A stretch of DNA of 64,000 nucleotides from an uncultured archaeon (GTDB lineage Archaea; Aenigmatarchaeota; Aenigmatarchaeia; GW2011-AR5). The DNA is taken from contig CAYJVT010000001.1 of the NCBI GenBank assembly GCA_964373695.1, forward strand, positions 22,328-86,327, given 5' to 3'. Under the pieces are notes generated by a model. The model did no database searches, was not told the DNA's origin, and saw only the letters and a list, made by a program, of their open reading frames with translations. The number at the start of each line of letters is the position of its first letter. Positions within the stretch are counted from its first letter, which is position 1. This document shows positions 18,131 through 27,824 of this stretch, piece by piece. A program made the position numbers and the translations under genes.

Positions 18131-19819
18131 ATGAAAAAATACGCGCTGGCGGCGGCGCTTTGCCTCCTGATTGCCTCGATGGTGCAGTATGCCCTCTTCT
18201 TCGGGCTCCATCCCGAAGGTCTGGTATTCAACTCGCTTGGCGAGGACGAGGCCCTGTTCGTCACTGCCATAAAGCTGTCTGAGTTCGGCTACGAAAGCCC
18301 GTGGACCTTGGAAAGCGACGGCGTTGTCAGGCTTGCGTTCCTGAACCCGGCTAACGGCCCGGTTTTCATGCTGTTCCCTATATCCGTTTTTTACGCCGCT
18401 TCCGGCATAAGTGCCTTGGGGCTATTTGCGCTCTTCAAGCTCTTTTCGGCGGCGTTGATGCTCGCAGCCATATACCTGCTTGTCAGGCATTTCGATTTCA
18501 AATCAAGGTATAGGATTTTTATCCTACTCGTGCTTTCTGCAGGGTTCGGCGGATTAATCCATCTCGTGTCATCCTTCTTTTACCCGGACCGCCTTCTGTA
18601 CCCACAGTCGCTTTTCGGATTCGGCGTCAGCATCTTCCGCTTTGTGGAATCCTATCAGGCGTTCTCGCTTGCCCTGGGGCTCATGTCCCTGTTATTTTTC
18701 GTGAAAAAAAGGATTCTTCTATCGTCAGCGTTCCTCGGATTTACGGTTCTCGTGTATCCTTTTCACGGCATATCGTTCTTCATAGTAATGGCCATTTATT
18801 GCCGCGTCTTTTCGCTTGGAGCGTCTCATATATCAAAGGTGTTCGCGGCCCTGCTGGCCTTTTCGTCTGTATGGGCATTTTCATACTTTTTCCAGCCGGT
18901 TCTGTTTGACAACTATGCAAATGCGGTAGGCACGGTGAGCGTCAACGTCCTGCCTTCCGTTCTCCTGGGACTGGGGCCTCTGTTCATATTTCTCCTGTAC
19001 GACATGAAGAAAAGGTTTCCGTTTGTTTCTGAAAGGAGGCATTTGGCGTTCTTTCTTGCATCCTTCGCGCTCATGTCGTACTACCAGATATCAAGCTCGG
19101 TGTGGGCGCCGCCTCTTCCCTCTAATCCACTGTTCGTCATTTTCAGCGTGCCATTCCTCGCCTTTCTTGGATATCTTGCAAAGAAGATGCTGGAAAGCGG
19201 GCATGAAAAGCGCATTGTTTTCATGTATGCGTGGTTCGTTGTATTCCTCTTCATTGTGGTGTTTCCAGTCAAGATATTCTCGGTTCTGCCGCCGAAGGTG
19301 ACGGTGTTCCTTTATTTTCCGCTTGCTTTCCTGGCTTACGAGGGGATGAAGAAATCCGGTAAAGTCTTTATTGCCGTTGTAGCGGTTTCTGCACTGTCAA
19401 TATTCTTCTTCTATTCGTTCGAGCAGATGGACGCCAGGGATATCTACGATAACGGCACCATTAAGGAGCAGAACTTCTTTTACACTGAACCAGACATAAA
19501 GGCTCTTGGTTTCCTGAAGGGCATGCCGGCCGGGAATGCGATATCATCTCAGGCCATAGGAACTTACCTGCCGTATTATTCAGGGAAGAAATCCCTTCTG
19601 TTCGGCACCAACAGGGGCGATATAGTCCTTAATGTGGGCGAAAAGCTTTCGGATTACAGGAAGTTTTATTCGTCTCCGGACAGAAGCGTTCTTGAAAAGT
19701 ACGGCATCAGGTACGTGTTTTACGGGACTTTTGAAAAACGCCTGGGAGATTTAGGAAGCCCCGATTATCTCAGAAAGGTGTACAGCGACGGCACCGAGAT
19801 ATACGAATTCATCCCATGA
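18131..19819 (+). CDS. Polytopic membrane protein with C-terminal soluble domain, GT-C-like; member of a 3-paralog family in this window
   Basis: 562 aa with >10 predicted TM helices. Its C-terminus ...EKYGIRYVFYGTFEKRLGDLGSPDYLRKVYSDGTEIYEF aligns with the C-termini of the proteins at 20515..22248 and 56706..58538. Confidence 0.5.
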   Translation: MKKYALAAALCLLIASMVQYALFFGLHPEGLVFNSLGEDEALFVTAIKLSEFGYESPWTLESDGVVRLAFLNPANGPVFMLFPISVFYAASGISALGLFALFKLFSAALMLAAIYLLVRHFDFKSRYRIFILLVLSAGFGGLIHLVSSFFYPDRLLYPQSLFGFGVSIFRFVESYQAFSLALGLMSLLFFVKKRILLSSAFLGFTVLVYPFHGISFFIVMAIYCRVFSLGASHISKVFAALLAFSSVWAFSYFFQPVLFDNYANAVGTVSVNVLPSVLLGLGPLFIFLLYDMKKRFPFVSERRHLAFFLASFALMSYYQISSSVWAPPLPSNPLFVIFSVPFLAFLGYLAKKMLESGHEKRIVFMYAWFVVFLFIVVFPVKIFSVLPPKVTVFLYFPLAFLAYEGMKKSGKVFIAVVAVSALSIFFFYSFEQMDARDIYDNGTIKEQNFFYTEPDIKALGFLKGMPAGNAISSQAIGTYLPYYSGKKSLLFGTNRGDIVLNVGEKLSDYRKFYSSPDRSVLEKYGIRYVFYGTFEKRLGDLGSPDYLRKVYSDGTEIYEFIP

Positions 19820-20510
19820 GCCTGATGGCCATGAGCCTTAGCGCCATGCGCGGGCCGGACTTTATCCTGAAAGTGGAGAATTCGCTGTGGGACCACTTTA
19901 CAGGGAATTCTATTATGTTTCCTCCGCTCTTTTTTATTCTCCACAGCATCTCGGCGTCGAACTCGAATCCGCCGGATTTCATGCTGGCCAGGCATGATAA
20001 CATTTTCCTCGTCATGACCTTGGCGCCGCATTGGGTGTCCGTAATCCCTAGGCCGAAGAGAATGTTGACGTAATGGCTGAAGACATTGCCGAGAAGCCGC
20101 CTGTAGGCCGGCTGTTTTTTCGTCACGAATGATTTTTCCATGTTGCGGGAGCCTATTACAATGCAGTCCGCGCTTTTCCGGCAAGTCTCCATCATGGAAC
20201 GGAAATTGCCGGGCCCGACGGAGCCGTCGGCATCCGTAAAGCCTATTATATCTCCGCTGGCATGCCTTAGCCCTTCCATCACCGCCCTTCCCTTTCCGAG
20301 CCGGTTTCCGGACTCGATGATTCTCACGTCCTTATGAGCCTTCATGAAGCTTTTCGTGATGGAAGCCGTCGTGTCGCTTCCGTCGCATACCACTATAATC
20401 TCAAACTTCATCCCTGACTTCTTGAAGTGCCTGAAATAAGACTCCAGCGTTCCTTCTATCCTCTTCTCCTCGTTGTAGGCCGGTATCACGATGGAATACG
20501 AATTCTTCAT
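19809..20510 (-). CDS. GT2 glycosyltransferase, dolichyl-phosphate hexose synthase-like (DPM1/AglD/AglJ-type)
   Basis: From MKNSYSIVIPAYNEE... with ...DGSDTT...TDADGS... (DxD). ~230-aa soluble GT-A. Confidence 0.8.
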   Translation of the reverse strand: MKNSYSIVIPAYNEEKRIEGTLESYFRHFKKSGMKFEIIVVCDGSDTTASITKSFMKAHKDVRIIESGNRLGKGRAVMEGLRHASGDIIGFTDADGSVGPGNFRSMMETCRKSADCIVIGSRNMEKSFVTKKQPAYRRLLGNVFSHYVNILFGLGITDTQCGAKVMTRKMLSCLASMKSGGFEFDAEMLWRIKKSGGNIIEFPVKWSHSEFSTFRIKSGPRMALRLMAIRLMG

Positions 20511-20514
20511 GGCA

Positions 20515-22248
20515 TCATCTTCTGTAAACGTCAAACTTTCCGTTCCCCCACACTTTGTCGCCCGAAGCCGCCGCTCCGGCGCTTCTTTCGTAGGGGCCTA
20601 TAAGTACGTAGTCTGCTCTGTATTTTTCCCGGTTGGCTGCGTCCTCCAAATACCTCCTGTAGTTTTCCAGTATGTCAGCTTTCTTGGATTCGGGTATTCC
20701 GCTTCCGTACTCGAGGGAAAAGAGGTAGAGGTCCCAGAATGCTATTTCGAAGGACGATTTATTGAACGTATTGGTTCTGTGGTCTATTATATAGGAATTT
20801 CTTGTCTCTTCGTTGTTTATCATTCCACTGACATGGGATTCGTTGATGCCCAGCATCGAGTATGATATGTAGAATCTCTCCCATATCTCATCCGTCGTTG
20901 CAAGGGAATACGGGCCGTAAGGAAGGTATACGTTGTTATGGGTGTAGAGCGGTATGAGATAGCTCTGCTCCGTGCTCAACGTCAGCACGACATCGTCCTT
21001 TTCCGTATTTTCATCGAGCCACTCGTAGAGCTCTTTGTCGCTGTCGTCTATGGCGTAGAGGCTGTGCTTTTTGTCGGCAAATGAATACTGCGAGTAGAAT
21101 CCTATCGAGAAGAGAAATATGAACAGAATAGCGCCTATCTTCCTCATATCAAAGCGCTTTTCCGCGGCCTGCCACAGCGCGTAAATCATCATGATGGAGG
21201 CGAATGGCGCCATTGCAAACTCGTAGTGGCTTTTCTGTATCGAGAATCCCGTGATTATCTGGGAGTTCATGAGGAAAATTCCGGAAATTATTATGGAGCC
21301 CATGAGGAGGGAAAAATAGTCTTTTTTTGAAAACGCGTAGAAAATGGCGATGATAACCGCATATTTTGCCGTCTCTGCTATAGGAAGAGGGGACGAATAA
21401 GTTTTTCCGTTCCTTGTCGATATGTCCTCCAGAAAGCTCTTGTCGAAGGACGTATAGGACAACCAGAAAGGCAGCGAAACCGCGGCGAATACCGCGAGTA
21501 TGATAACAACGTGCTTCAGAATCCCGGGATTTTTCTTTGCCGCAAAATAGATGGTATGGAGCGCGAGAACGCCTGCGAATATCGTCCAGTAGAAAAAATA
21601 CGTATAGAACAGGAGTCCTGAAACGAGCCCGCATAGGATAGAATAAAATGCCTTTCTTTTTTTCATGGAAATGTAGAGGAGGAATACGGAAATGGCGAGA
21701 AAGATGAAAGTCATCTGTATGTGCGGTATCCTGCCGAAATAATTAAGAGGCCCGGATGCGTCCAGTATGTTTGTCGCGTGATAGGATATGTTGCGCAATG
21801 TGACAGGCGGCGTCACAATATAATCAAAGGCTATCAGCATGAAAACCGGCGCCAGGATGCTCAGATGAAGGTTTCCGGTCTGCCTGTAGATGAGCATGTA
21901 GATTATGAGAAATATTATGACTGGGAAGATGAAATTGCCGGCCGCGAAGGCGCCGGAAACCGAGCCTGAAAGAAGCGACATCGCTGCCAGTAGAGCCGTC
22001 GGAACGAGCGGCACGAAGGGGTTTATTTTGCCCTTGTATTCGTAAACGGTCGGGTCTCCTGGTATGTTGCCCTCGTAAAAATCCCTCGCAAGGGATGCGT
22101 ACGTAGTCTGGTCCCTGGAATACGCAAAAACGCCGTTGACGGCAAGCTGTGTGTAGCTGTCATCCCCTCTGAAGAGGGGCATCAGGATATTGGCTGTGGA
22201 AAAATAGATGCCGCAAAGAAGCGCCGCGGCCAGCACTATCTTTTTCAT
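20515..22248 (-). CDS. Large polytopic membrane protein, GT-C-like, paralog A
   Basis: 577 aa. The N-terminus MKKIVLAAALLCGIYFSTANILMPLFRGDDSYTQLAVNGVFAY... and C-terminus ...EWLDENTEKDDVVLTLSTEQSYLIPLYTHNNVYLP... are clearly homologous to 56706..58538. Confidence 0.6.
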   Translation of the reverse strand: MKKIVLAAALLCGIYFSTANILMPLFRGDDSYTQLAVNGVFAYSRDQTTYASLARDFYEGNIPGDPTVYEYKGKINPFVPLVPTALLAAMSLLSGSVSGAFAAGNFIFPVIIFLIIYMLIYRQTGNLHLSILAPVFMLIAFDYIVTPPVTLRNISYHATNILDASGPLNYFGRIPHIQMTFIFLAISVFLLYISMKKRKAFYSILCGLVSGLLFYTYFFYWTIFAGVLALHTIYFAAKKNPGILKHVVIILAVFAAVSLPFWLSYTSFDKSFLEDISTRNGKTYSSPLPIAETAKYAVIIAIFYAFSKKDYFSLLMGSIIISGIFLMNSQIITGFSIQKSHYEFAMAPFASIMMIYALWQAAEKRFDMRKIGAILFIFLFSIGFYSQYSFADKKHSLYAIDDSDKELYEWLDENTEKDDVVLTLSTEQSYLIPLYTHNNVYLPYGPYSLATTDEIWERFYISYSMLGINESHVSGMINNEETRNSYIIDHRTNTFNKSSFEIAFWDLYLFSLEYGSGIPESKKADILENYRRYLEDAANREKYRADYVLIGPYERSAGAAASGDKVWGNGKFDVYRR

Positions 22249-22340
22249 GAGTTTAATGTTGCAATGAGCTTTTTATACTGTGAAGCCGTCTTTGCAATAT
22301 ACTTTTAAATACTATTAAAATTAATAAAAATTCAGGTACC

Positions 22341-23804
22341 ATGTCGGAAATTCTTCTCATCCAGCCAAATATAGGCATACACGATTTCCTAGCCACCAGA
22401 TTCCCCGACCCTCTGCTCGCAATAGCCTCGGTGCCGCATATGAGGGGTTACAAGGTCAAGATACTTGACCAGAGGATAGAAAAAAACTTCAAGCATCTTC
22501 TGGAGCAGGAAATCGGAAAAAAGCCGCTGTGCATCGCCCTGCCTGTTATGACTGGCGGCCAGATACTCCGCGCCCTTGAGATATCGAAATTCATCAGAAG
22601 CATCGACAAAGACATAAAAATAGTCTGGGGCGGGCCGCATCCGACATTATTCCCTGTCCAGGTCTTGGAAAATGAAAATGTGGACATAATCGTGTCGGGC
22701 GAGGGCGAAATAACGTTTTTCGAGCTTGTCGAGGCTCTTTCAAAAGGCGCTCCTCTTTCAGGCATAAAAGGGATATCGTATAAGGAGGACAGCAGCATAA
22801 AAACGAATCCGGAAAGGGAGCTTATCAAAAATCTTGATGAGCTGCCGCCTATTCCATACGACCTGATAGACGCAAGCAAATATAATCCGACATACATATC
22901 AGGAAGGAAAGCCTTCACGCTCCTGACATCGAGGGGATGTCCATATCGATGCACGTTCTGCTTCGCTACTGCATACTACAACTTCACATGGCGCGGCTAT
23001 TCCGTGGACAGGACGATGGAAATGATACATGAAGCTGTCAACAAATTCGGCGCGCAGACAATACTGTTCCAGGAAGACAACTTCGCGACCAGCATACCGA
23101 GATGCAACGAGATATTTGACAGGATTATAGCGGACGGCCTCGACATTACGTTCAGCCTGGTGGGTATACGCGCCACCGATGTCGCAAGGATGGACCTGGA
23201 CAAGATGTACAAGGCCGGGTGCAGGAACTGCGACATGGGCGTCGAATCAGGGGACCCTGAAGTGATGAAAACCATGATAAAGGCCCTGACGCCGGAACTC
23301 GTCCTGGACGTGAACAGGAAGATAAGGGATTACGGCATAAAGGTGAAATATTCCTTCATAGCCGGCCTCCCGATGGAGAAGGACCCGAAGATATCGATAA
23401 ACTTCGCATTCAAGCTCATAAAGGAGAACAAGAACGCGTATACGCCGTTCTTCCCCTACACGCCTTTTCCGGGCACTGAAATGTACCATGCCGCGATAGA
23501 AAAAGGCTTTGTGCCGCCAACAACGCTCGAAGGCTGGGGCAATTTTGACCTGGAGCACTGGAGGGACCACTATCCCAGCTGGTACACAGAAGAGGAGAAG
23601 CGATGGATAGAGGGCATAGAAAGGATGTCGGTCCTAGGGAACCGCAACTCGAAATACAAGATATCAAACAAGACTTTCAGGTTTTTCTTCGACCTGTACC
23701 ACCCGATTGCCAAGTTCAGGTTCATGAGGAACTACTACGGGATGCCGCTTGACATAAAGATGCAGAACAAGGTCATGAATATGGTAGTCAAGACGCTTGA
23801 TTAA
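22341..23804 (+). CDS. B12-binding domain radical SAM enzyme (class B rSAM, probable C-methyltransferase or related)
   Basis: 487 aa with an N-terminal cobalamin-binding Rossmann domain and a radical SAM motif SRGCPYRCTFC (CxxxCxxC), then ...GVESGDPEV.... Confidence 0.85.
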   Translation: MSEILLIQPNIGIHDFLATRFPDPLLAIASVPHMRGYKVKILDQRIEKNFKHLLEQEIGKKPLCIALPVMTGGQILRALEISKFIRSIDKDIKIVWGGPHPTLFPVQVLENENVDIIVSGEGEITFFELVEALSKGAPLSGIKGISYKEDSSIKTNPERELIKNLDELPPIPYDLIDASKYNPTYISGRKAFTLLTSRGCPYRCTFCFATAYYNFTWRGYSVDRTMEMIHEAVNKFGAQTILFQEDNFATSIPRCNEIFDRIIADGLDITFSLVGIRATDVARMDLDKMYKAGCRNCDMGVESGDPEVMKTMIKALTPELVLDVNRKIRDYGIKVKYSFIAGLPMEKDPKISINFAFKLIKENKNAYTPFFPYTPFPGTEMYHAAIEKGFVPPTTLEGWGNFDLEHWRDHYPSWYTEEEKRWIEGIERMSVLGNRNSKYKISNKTFRFFFDLYHPIAKFRFMRNYYGMPLDIKMQNKVMNMVVKTLD

Positions 23805-25636
23805 TCAATAACAACGAGCTGCTCGTTCACGGATTTTTTTGTCTCTTCAAGATTCGGATAAAGGCTGAACGCCTCGAACTTGTCTCTCCAGTATTCCGAC
23901 TCGCTTAGATATTTCTCTACAAGCCGTATTCTTTCAGCCGCCCCGCCGACGTTGCCGGAATTAAACTCGCATGCGGCAAGCGTCATGTTTGCAAGCGCGT
24001 GGCCTGAAGTGACCACATCGCATATGTATCTCATCTGCCTGACGATCTTAGACAGCCTATCACGATCTTTTATGTTCATGACCCTCTCGTAATTTATTTT
24101 ATAATTCATGTAGAACCATATATCCATCAGCTGCTCCGAAGTCGGCTCCGCATCCAGGTTGCCGCTTTCGAATGGGTTGGCGAATTTTTTCACTTCCTTT
24201 TTGTGCTCGACGGTGTTCTGCTTCCCGTGGGGGCCTATCATGAACCGCGTTTCATTCGTCTGGAGCTTGTCCTCTATCAGGCCCTCTTTCACCATCGCCT
24301 TGTATATCGGGGTAGAGGGCAGAGGCTGCAGTATGTTCAGTGCATACCAGTCCAAGTCCAGCTCAAGTGCAAGGTTCATGGTATCGAGCATCATTCTCAG
24401 CGTTTCATGGGGAAAGCCCAGCATGAGGAAGCCGCGGGAGAATATCTTGGGATATTTCCTTAGAAGGGCCGCCGCATTCCTGAAATTGTCCACTGTCCCG
24501 GGCTTTTTTATGTCCAGAAGTATTTTCGGGTTTCCGGATTCGATGCCGAAGAAAAGCCCTATGCATCCCGATTCGGCCGTAGCCTCTATTATAGCAGGCT
24601 TGCACGCAGCAGCTATGACGCCGTTGGAGGCGTCCCATGTTATGCCGAGGTTGCGCCTTTTTATCTCCTGGAAAAGCTCTATTGTCCTCTTCTCGTTGAA
24701 GAAAAGGTCGTCGTCAAGCCACATTATATGCTTCACGCCGTATTTCCTGGCAAGGAGTTCTATCTCGTCCGCAACGCTTTCAATGCTTCTCTGCCTGACA
24801 CCCATGCCATTGAAGCTGCGGACGCTGCAGAACGTGCACATCGCCCGGCATCCCTTGTTGGAAAGCACGGTCGCGACCCTGGTTCCTGGCTCAAGCAGCG
24901 CAGTGAAGGAGCCGATGGTGCCCACGGAAGAATAATTCGATATATCGACAAGATCGTACGCCGGTATCCTGTTCAAATCATCCGTCTCCGGTGCCTTCCT
25001 TTCCTCCAGCGAATAATATTTGCCGCCTGCAATCACTGACACCTGATAAATCTCATCCCCATGACCGTTCGCGGCCTCAAGAAGCTTCTGGAAAGCCACC
25101 TCGCTCTCGTAGGAGCATGCTATGAGCCTTTCGTAGTCTATTGAGCGCAGAACCCTTTCTGTGTCGTTAGACACGTGAACGCCTCCGACAATTATCGGCA
25201 GTTCCTTTCCGGCGACCTCGCTGCATACTCGCACAAAGCTGTCGTGCGTCATCGTGAACATGCATGTTATGCCGACCGCGTCAGGCCTGAATTCGTCAAT
25301 CTTTCTGGCCAGAAGGCCTTTCCATTCGGCATCGTAATCCATCTTGCCCCCTGATTCCACGGCCCTCTTTATCACATGATAATTTAGGTCGACAATCTCG
25401 GGCTCGTGGCCATTCTCTCGCAAAACGTCGGCGAGAAGCAGCGGGCCATAAGGCGGATATGTATAACACCTTTTCTGCAATGCGGCCTCAAAGTTGAATT
25501 CCTCTGATGCGATGTCCGGCGGGTTGACGAGAAGCACCTTCCTAGCTTTTTTTCCGCCGAATATCTCGCGTATTCTCGCCAATATTGCCGCCTTCGCCTC
25601 CTGTCCCGGCTCGTGCTCTTTCAGAAGCTGCTCCAT
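23801..25636 (-). CDS. B12-binding domain radical SAM enzyme
   Basis: 611 aa with ...LLVNPPD... B12-like N-domain, NKGCRAMCTFC (CxxxCxxC) and ...FGIESGNPKIL.... Its stop codon overlaps the convergent rSAM gene's stop within the palindrome GATTAATC. Confidence 0.85.
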   Translation of the reverse strand: MEQLLKEHEPGQEAKAAILARIREIFGGKKARKVLLVNPPDIASEEFNFEAALQKRCYTYPPYGPLLLADVLRENGHEPEIVDLNYHVIKRAVESGGKMDYDAEWKGLLARKIDEFRPDAVGITCMFTMTHDSFVRVCSEVAGKELPIIVGGVHVSNDTERVLRSIDYERLIACSYESEVAFQKLLEAANGHGDEIYQVSVIAGGKYYSLEERKAPETDDLNRIPAYDLVDISNYSSVGTIGSFTALLEPGTRVATVLSNKGCRAMCTFCSVRSFNGMGVRQRSIESVADEIELLARKYGVKHIMWLDDDLFFNEKRTIELFQEIKRRNLGITWDASNGVIAAACKPAIIEATAESGCIGLFFGIESGNPKILLDIKKPGTVDNFRNAAALLRKYPKIFSRGFLMLGFPHETLRMMLDTMNLALELDLDWYALNILQPLPSTPIYKAMVKEGLIEDKLQTNETRFMIGPHGKQNTVEHKKEVKKFANPFESGNLDAEPTSEQLMDIWFYMNYKINYERVMNIKDRDRLSKIVRQMRYICDVVTSGHALANMTLAACEFNSGNVGGAAERIRLVEKYLSESEYWRDKFEAFSLYPNLEETKKSVNEQLVVID

Positions 25637-25735
25637 ACAAGAACTAGCATTTCACAGTTTTTAAAACTTGTAAAAGCAGTTCACGCCCTGCAGGTGGCTA
25701 TGTTGCCTGCAAGACCGAAAGCGATGGAATTATCA

Positions 25736-26143
25736 TTACGCGCTCGGGATCAACGTTCTTTTCCTCAGGTCCCTTTGTAATCTGGGGCGCAGCAAGATGT
25801 CCCTGAATGCGTCACCGACAAGGTATGTTCTTGTCATGAACTCGTCCTCGCTTATGCCGAAATTTTCTCTCGCCGCCTCCCTGTGCATGACTTTGTCTGG
25901 AAATTTCTCGTCAGCGCCGAGCCAGAAATGAAGGTATTTGGCAATTTTATGATATGTTACAACTCTGTCAAGATGCTCCTGCGGTATTCCTGTCGAGATG
26001 CATGCATGATTTCCGCCTTCTGCCATTCTCCTTAGGCATGCCTCGGCGTCGTCGTACAGGGGATATATTCTCGAAGTAACTCTTGATACGTATTTTCTTG
26101 CCAGTTCTTCCGCCCTTTCAGCCGGAAGACCAAACATTCCCAT
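25736..26143 (-). pseudogene. N-terminally truncated HAD-like hydrolase (motifs II-IV present, DxD motif I absent); likely a gene remnant
   Basis: 135 aa with ...CISTG... and ...TRTYLVGDAFRDIL... (HAD motifs). The upstream in-frame sequence is open to a stop at 26237-26239 but has no DxDxT motif. Compare the intact paralog at 32935..33594. Confidence 0.4.
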
Positions 26144-26213
26144 GATTTCCGCATACTGGTGCCCGGCAGGCTTTCCGCCTCCTTCTTTTAAGCTTATCTG
26201 CGATATGTGAAAA

Positions 26214-27149
26214 ATGCAAGCTGCAAGGATGGAAGACTATCTGTCTTCTTTGGGATTCAGAGACCTGACAATATATTTGGGCACTGCTGTCAGTATCGGA
26301 AGCCAATCGCTTTTGGACGCGAATAGGCATCTTTTTTCAGAGGATTTTGAAATGAAACCTGACGGTTCGATGGTTGGCGTTCTTGACAAAACAAGCGATG
26401 TGGCCATTGCAGCATATCTTAATTCTACTCCTGCAACTGAAGCCTGCAGATTCAGGTCAGAGGAAGGGATGGAATTCAGGCAGCCGTCTGAATATGAATA
26501 TGGGGCAATAATAGACCCTTTGGACGGAAGCATAAATCCACGAATAGGCGGGACAAACTTGCACTACATCGGAGTGGGCGGGGCTATTCACCAAAAGCCC
26601 GATGATGAACAGGTTGCTGCGGCAGCCTGTCTGCCTTTTGATGACGATGCCTTGTACGTGACGGAATGGGGAAAAGGAGTCTATAGAGTAACAAATACTG
26701 ATGGAGATTTTCAGTCAAGAAAATTGACGGTACCTGAGAAGCCTGCCCAGACAAATACTTTTATACAGTCAGGATGGCGGACTCCTTACACAAGAAAGGC
26801 GGAGGAAGCGCTTCACAGAAGCGGATTTTACGAGGAACTTGACTTCAACGCAGGCGACACGGTGACTGCCGGTATCTTCCAGACAATTTCCGGTATAAGG
26901 GATTACAGACAGGTCGTGATTAATATCGCGGCTACGCATCAGGCGGATTTTTGCTATCTGTTCCTTAAGGAAACAGGTATGAATCCCATAGCAAACGACG
27001 GCAGACCGATACATTCACAGGCATGCGCTATGCTTTCCGTATCGCCATCATACAGCAAAGATGCAAGTAGGCTTAAAGGAAAATTTGTCGAAGCTTTGCA
27101 TGATTACAGCGGCCATAACAACACCGGCATGCAGCGCGTCTGCGACTAA
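26214..27149 (+). CDS. Inositol-monophosphatase family phosphatase (IMPase/FBPase/CysQ-like)
   Basis: ...AIIDPLDGSINP... metal-binding motif with an upstream Glu and C-terminal Asp motifs. The start is uncertain (26214 or an internal Met at 26352). Confidence 0.65.
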   Translation: MQAARMEDYLSSLGFRDLTIYLGTAVSIGSQSLLDANRHLFSEDFEMKPDGSMVGVLDKTSDVAIAAYLNSTPATEACRFRSEEGMEFRQPSEYEYGAIIDPLDGSINPRIGGTNLHYIGVGGAIHQKPDDEQVAAAACLPFDDDALYVTEWGKGVYRVTNTDGDFQSRKLTVPEKPAQTNTFIQSGWRTPYTRKAEEALHRSGFYEELDFNAGDTVTAGIFQTISGIRDYRQVVINIAATHQADFCYLFLKETGMNPIANDGRPIHSQACAMLSVSPSYSKDASRLKGKFVEALHDYSGHNNTGMQRVCD

Positions 27150-27179
27150 TCATTTAAGCCTTTTTCTCATACGTAAAGC

Positions 27180-27824
27180 ATGCCAGGTCTCATAATACAG
27201 CACCGCGTCAACAATATAGGCGCGCTCCGCAAGATACAACCAAAATACGGCGTGGAGATAGACATCCGTCACGACAACAGGACAGGCAGCCTGTATCTGA
27301 ACCATGACCCGGGAGAGGGCGACGACTTCTTTGAATATTTGGATGTTTTCGCGGAGCAGGGCAACCGCTTCGCTATATTCAACCCGAAAGAAATCGGCAT
27401 TGAGCAGCGAATAATAGAAGCTGCCAAGGAACGCGGCATTGAGGACTACTTCCTTCTCGACCTTGAATTCCCTTTCATATATCGTGCCGCTCAAGGCGGC
27501 GTGCCAAACATCGGCAAACGCATCGCCATCCGCTATTCAGAGGCCGAGCCTTTGGAGCAGGCAATGCTGCTCAAAGGCAGGTTTGACTGGGTATTCGTCG
27601 ACGTCAACACTCGCCTGCCGCTCGACAAAAAAATATGCAATATGCTTGATGAAGCAGGCTTCAGGACCTGCATCGTATGCCCGTCGCGCTGGAAGCGTCC
27701 TGATGACATACCAAAGTTCATAGAGCAGATGAAGAAAGAAGGCATAAAGATAGACGCTGTCATGACCAAGGACCCGTATGCAGAACAGTGGGAGAACAGC
27801 GGCGTTGTGAGGCCGTTCAAATGA
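27180..27824 (+). CDS. Glycerophosphodiester phosphodiesterase-like (GDPD/PI-PLC-X TIM barrel), short form
   Basis: MPGLIIQHRVNN...GVEIDIRHDNRTGSLYLNHD... follows the GDPD pattern HR...E-I-D-I...DG..V..HD. The C-terminus reads ...GIKIDAVMTKDP. Confidence 0.5.
   Translation: MPGLIIQHRVNNIGALRKIQPKYGVEIDIRHDNRTGSLYLNHDPGEGDDFFEYLDVFAEQGNRFAIFNPKEIGIEQRIIEAAKERGIEDYFLLDLEFPFIYRAAQGGVPNIGKRIAIRYSEAEPLEQAMLLKGRFDWVFVDVNTRLPLDKKICNMLDEAGFRTCIVCPSRWKRPDDIPKFIEQMKKEGIKIDAVMTKDPYAEQWENSGVVRPFK

Noticed and set aside
18131-22248. AglB/STT3 oligosaccharyltransferase identity for the large membrane proteins
   Set aside because: No WWDYG or DxD-type OST signature seen in any of the four large membrane proteins. 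Called generic GT-C-like instead.
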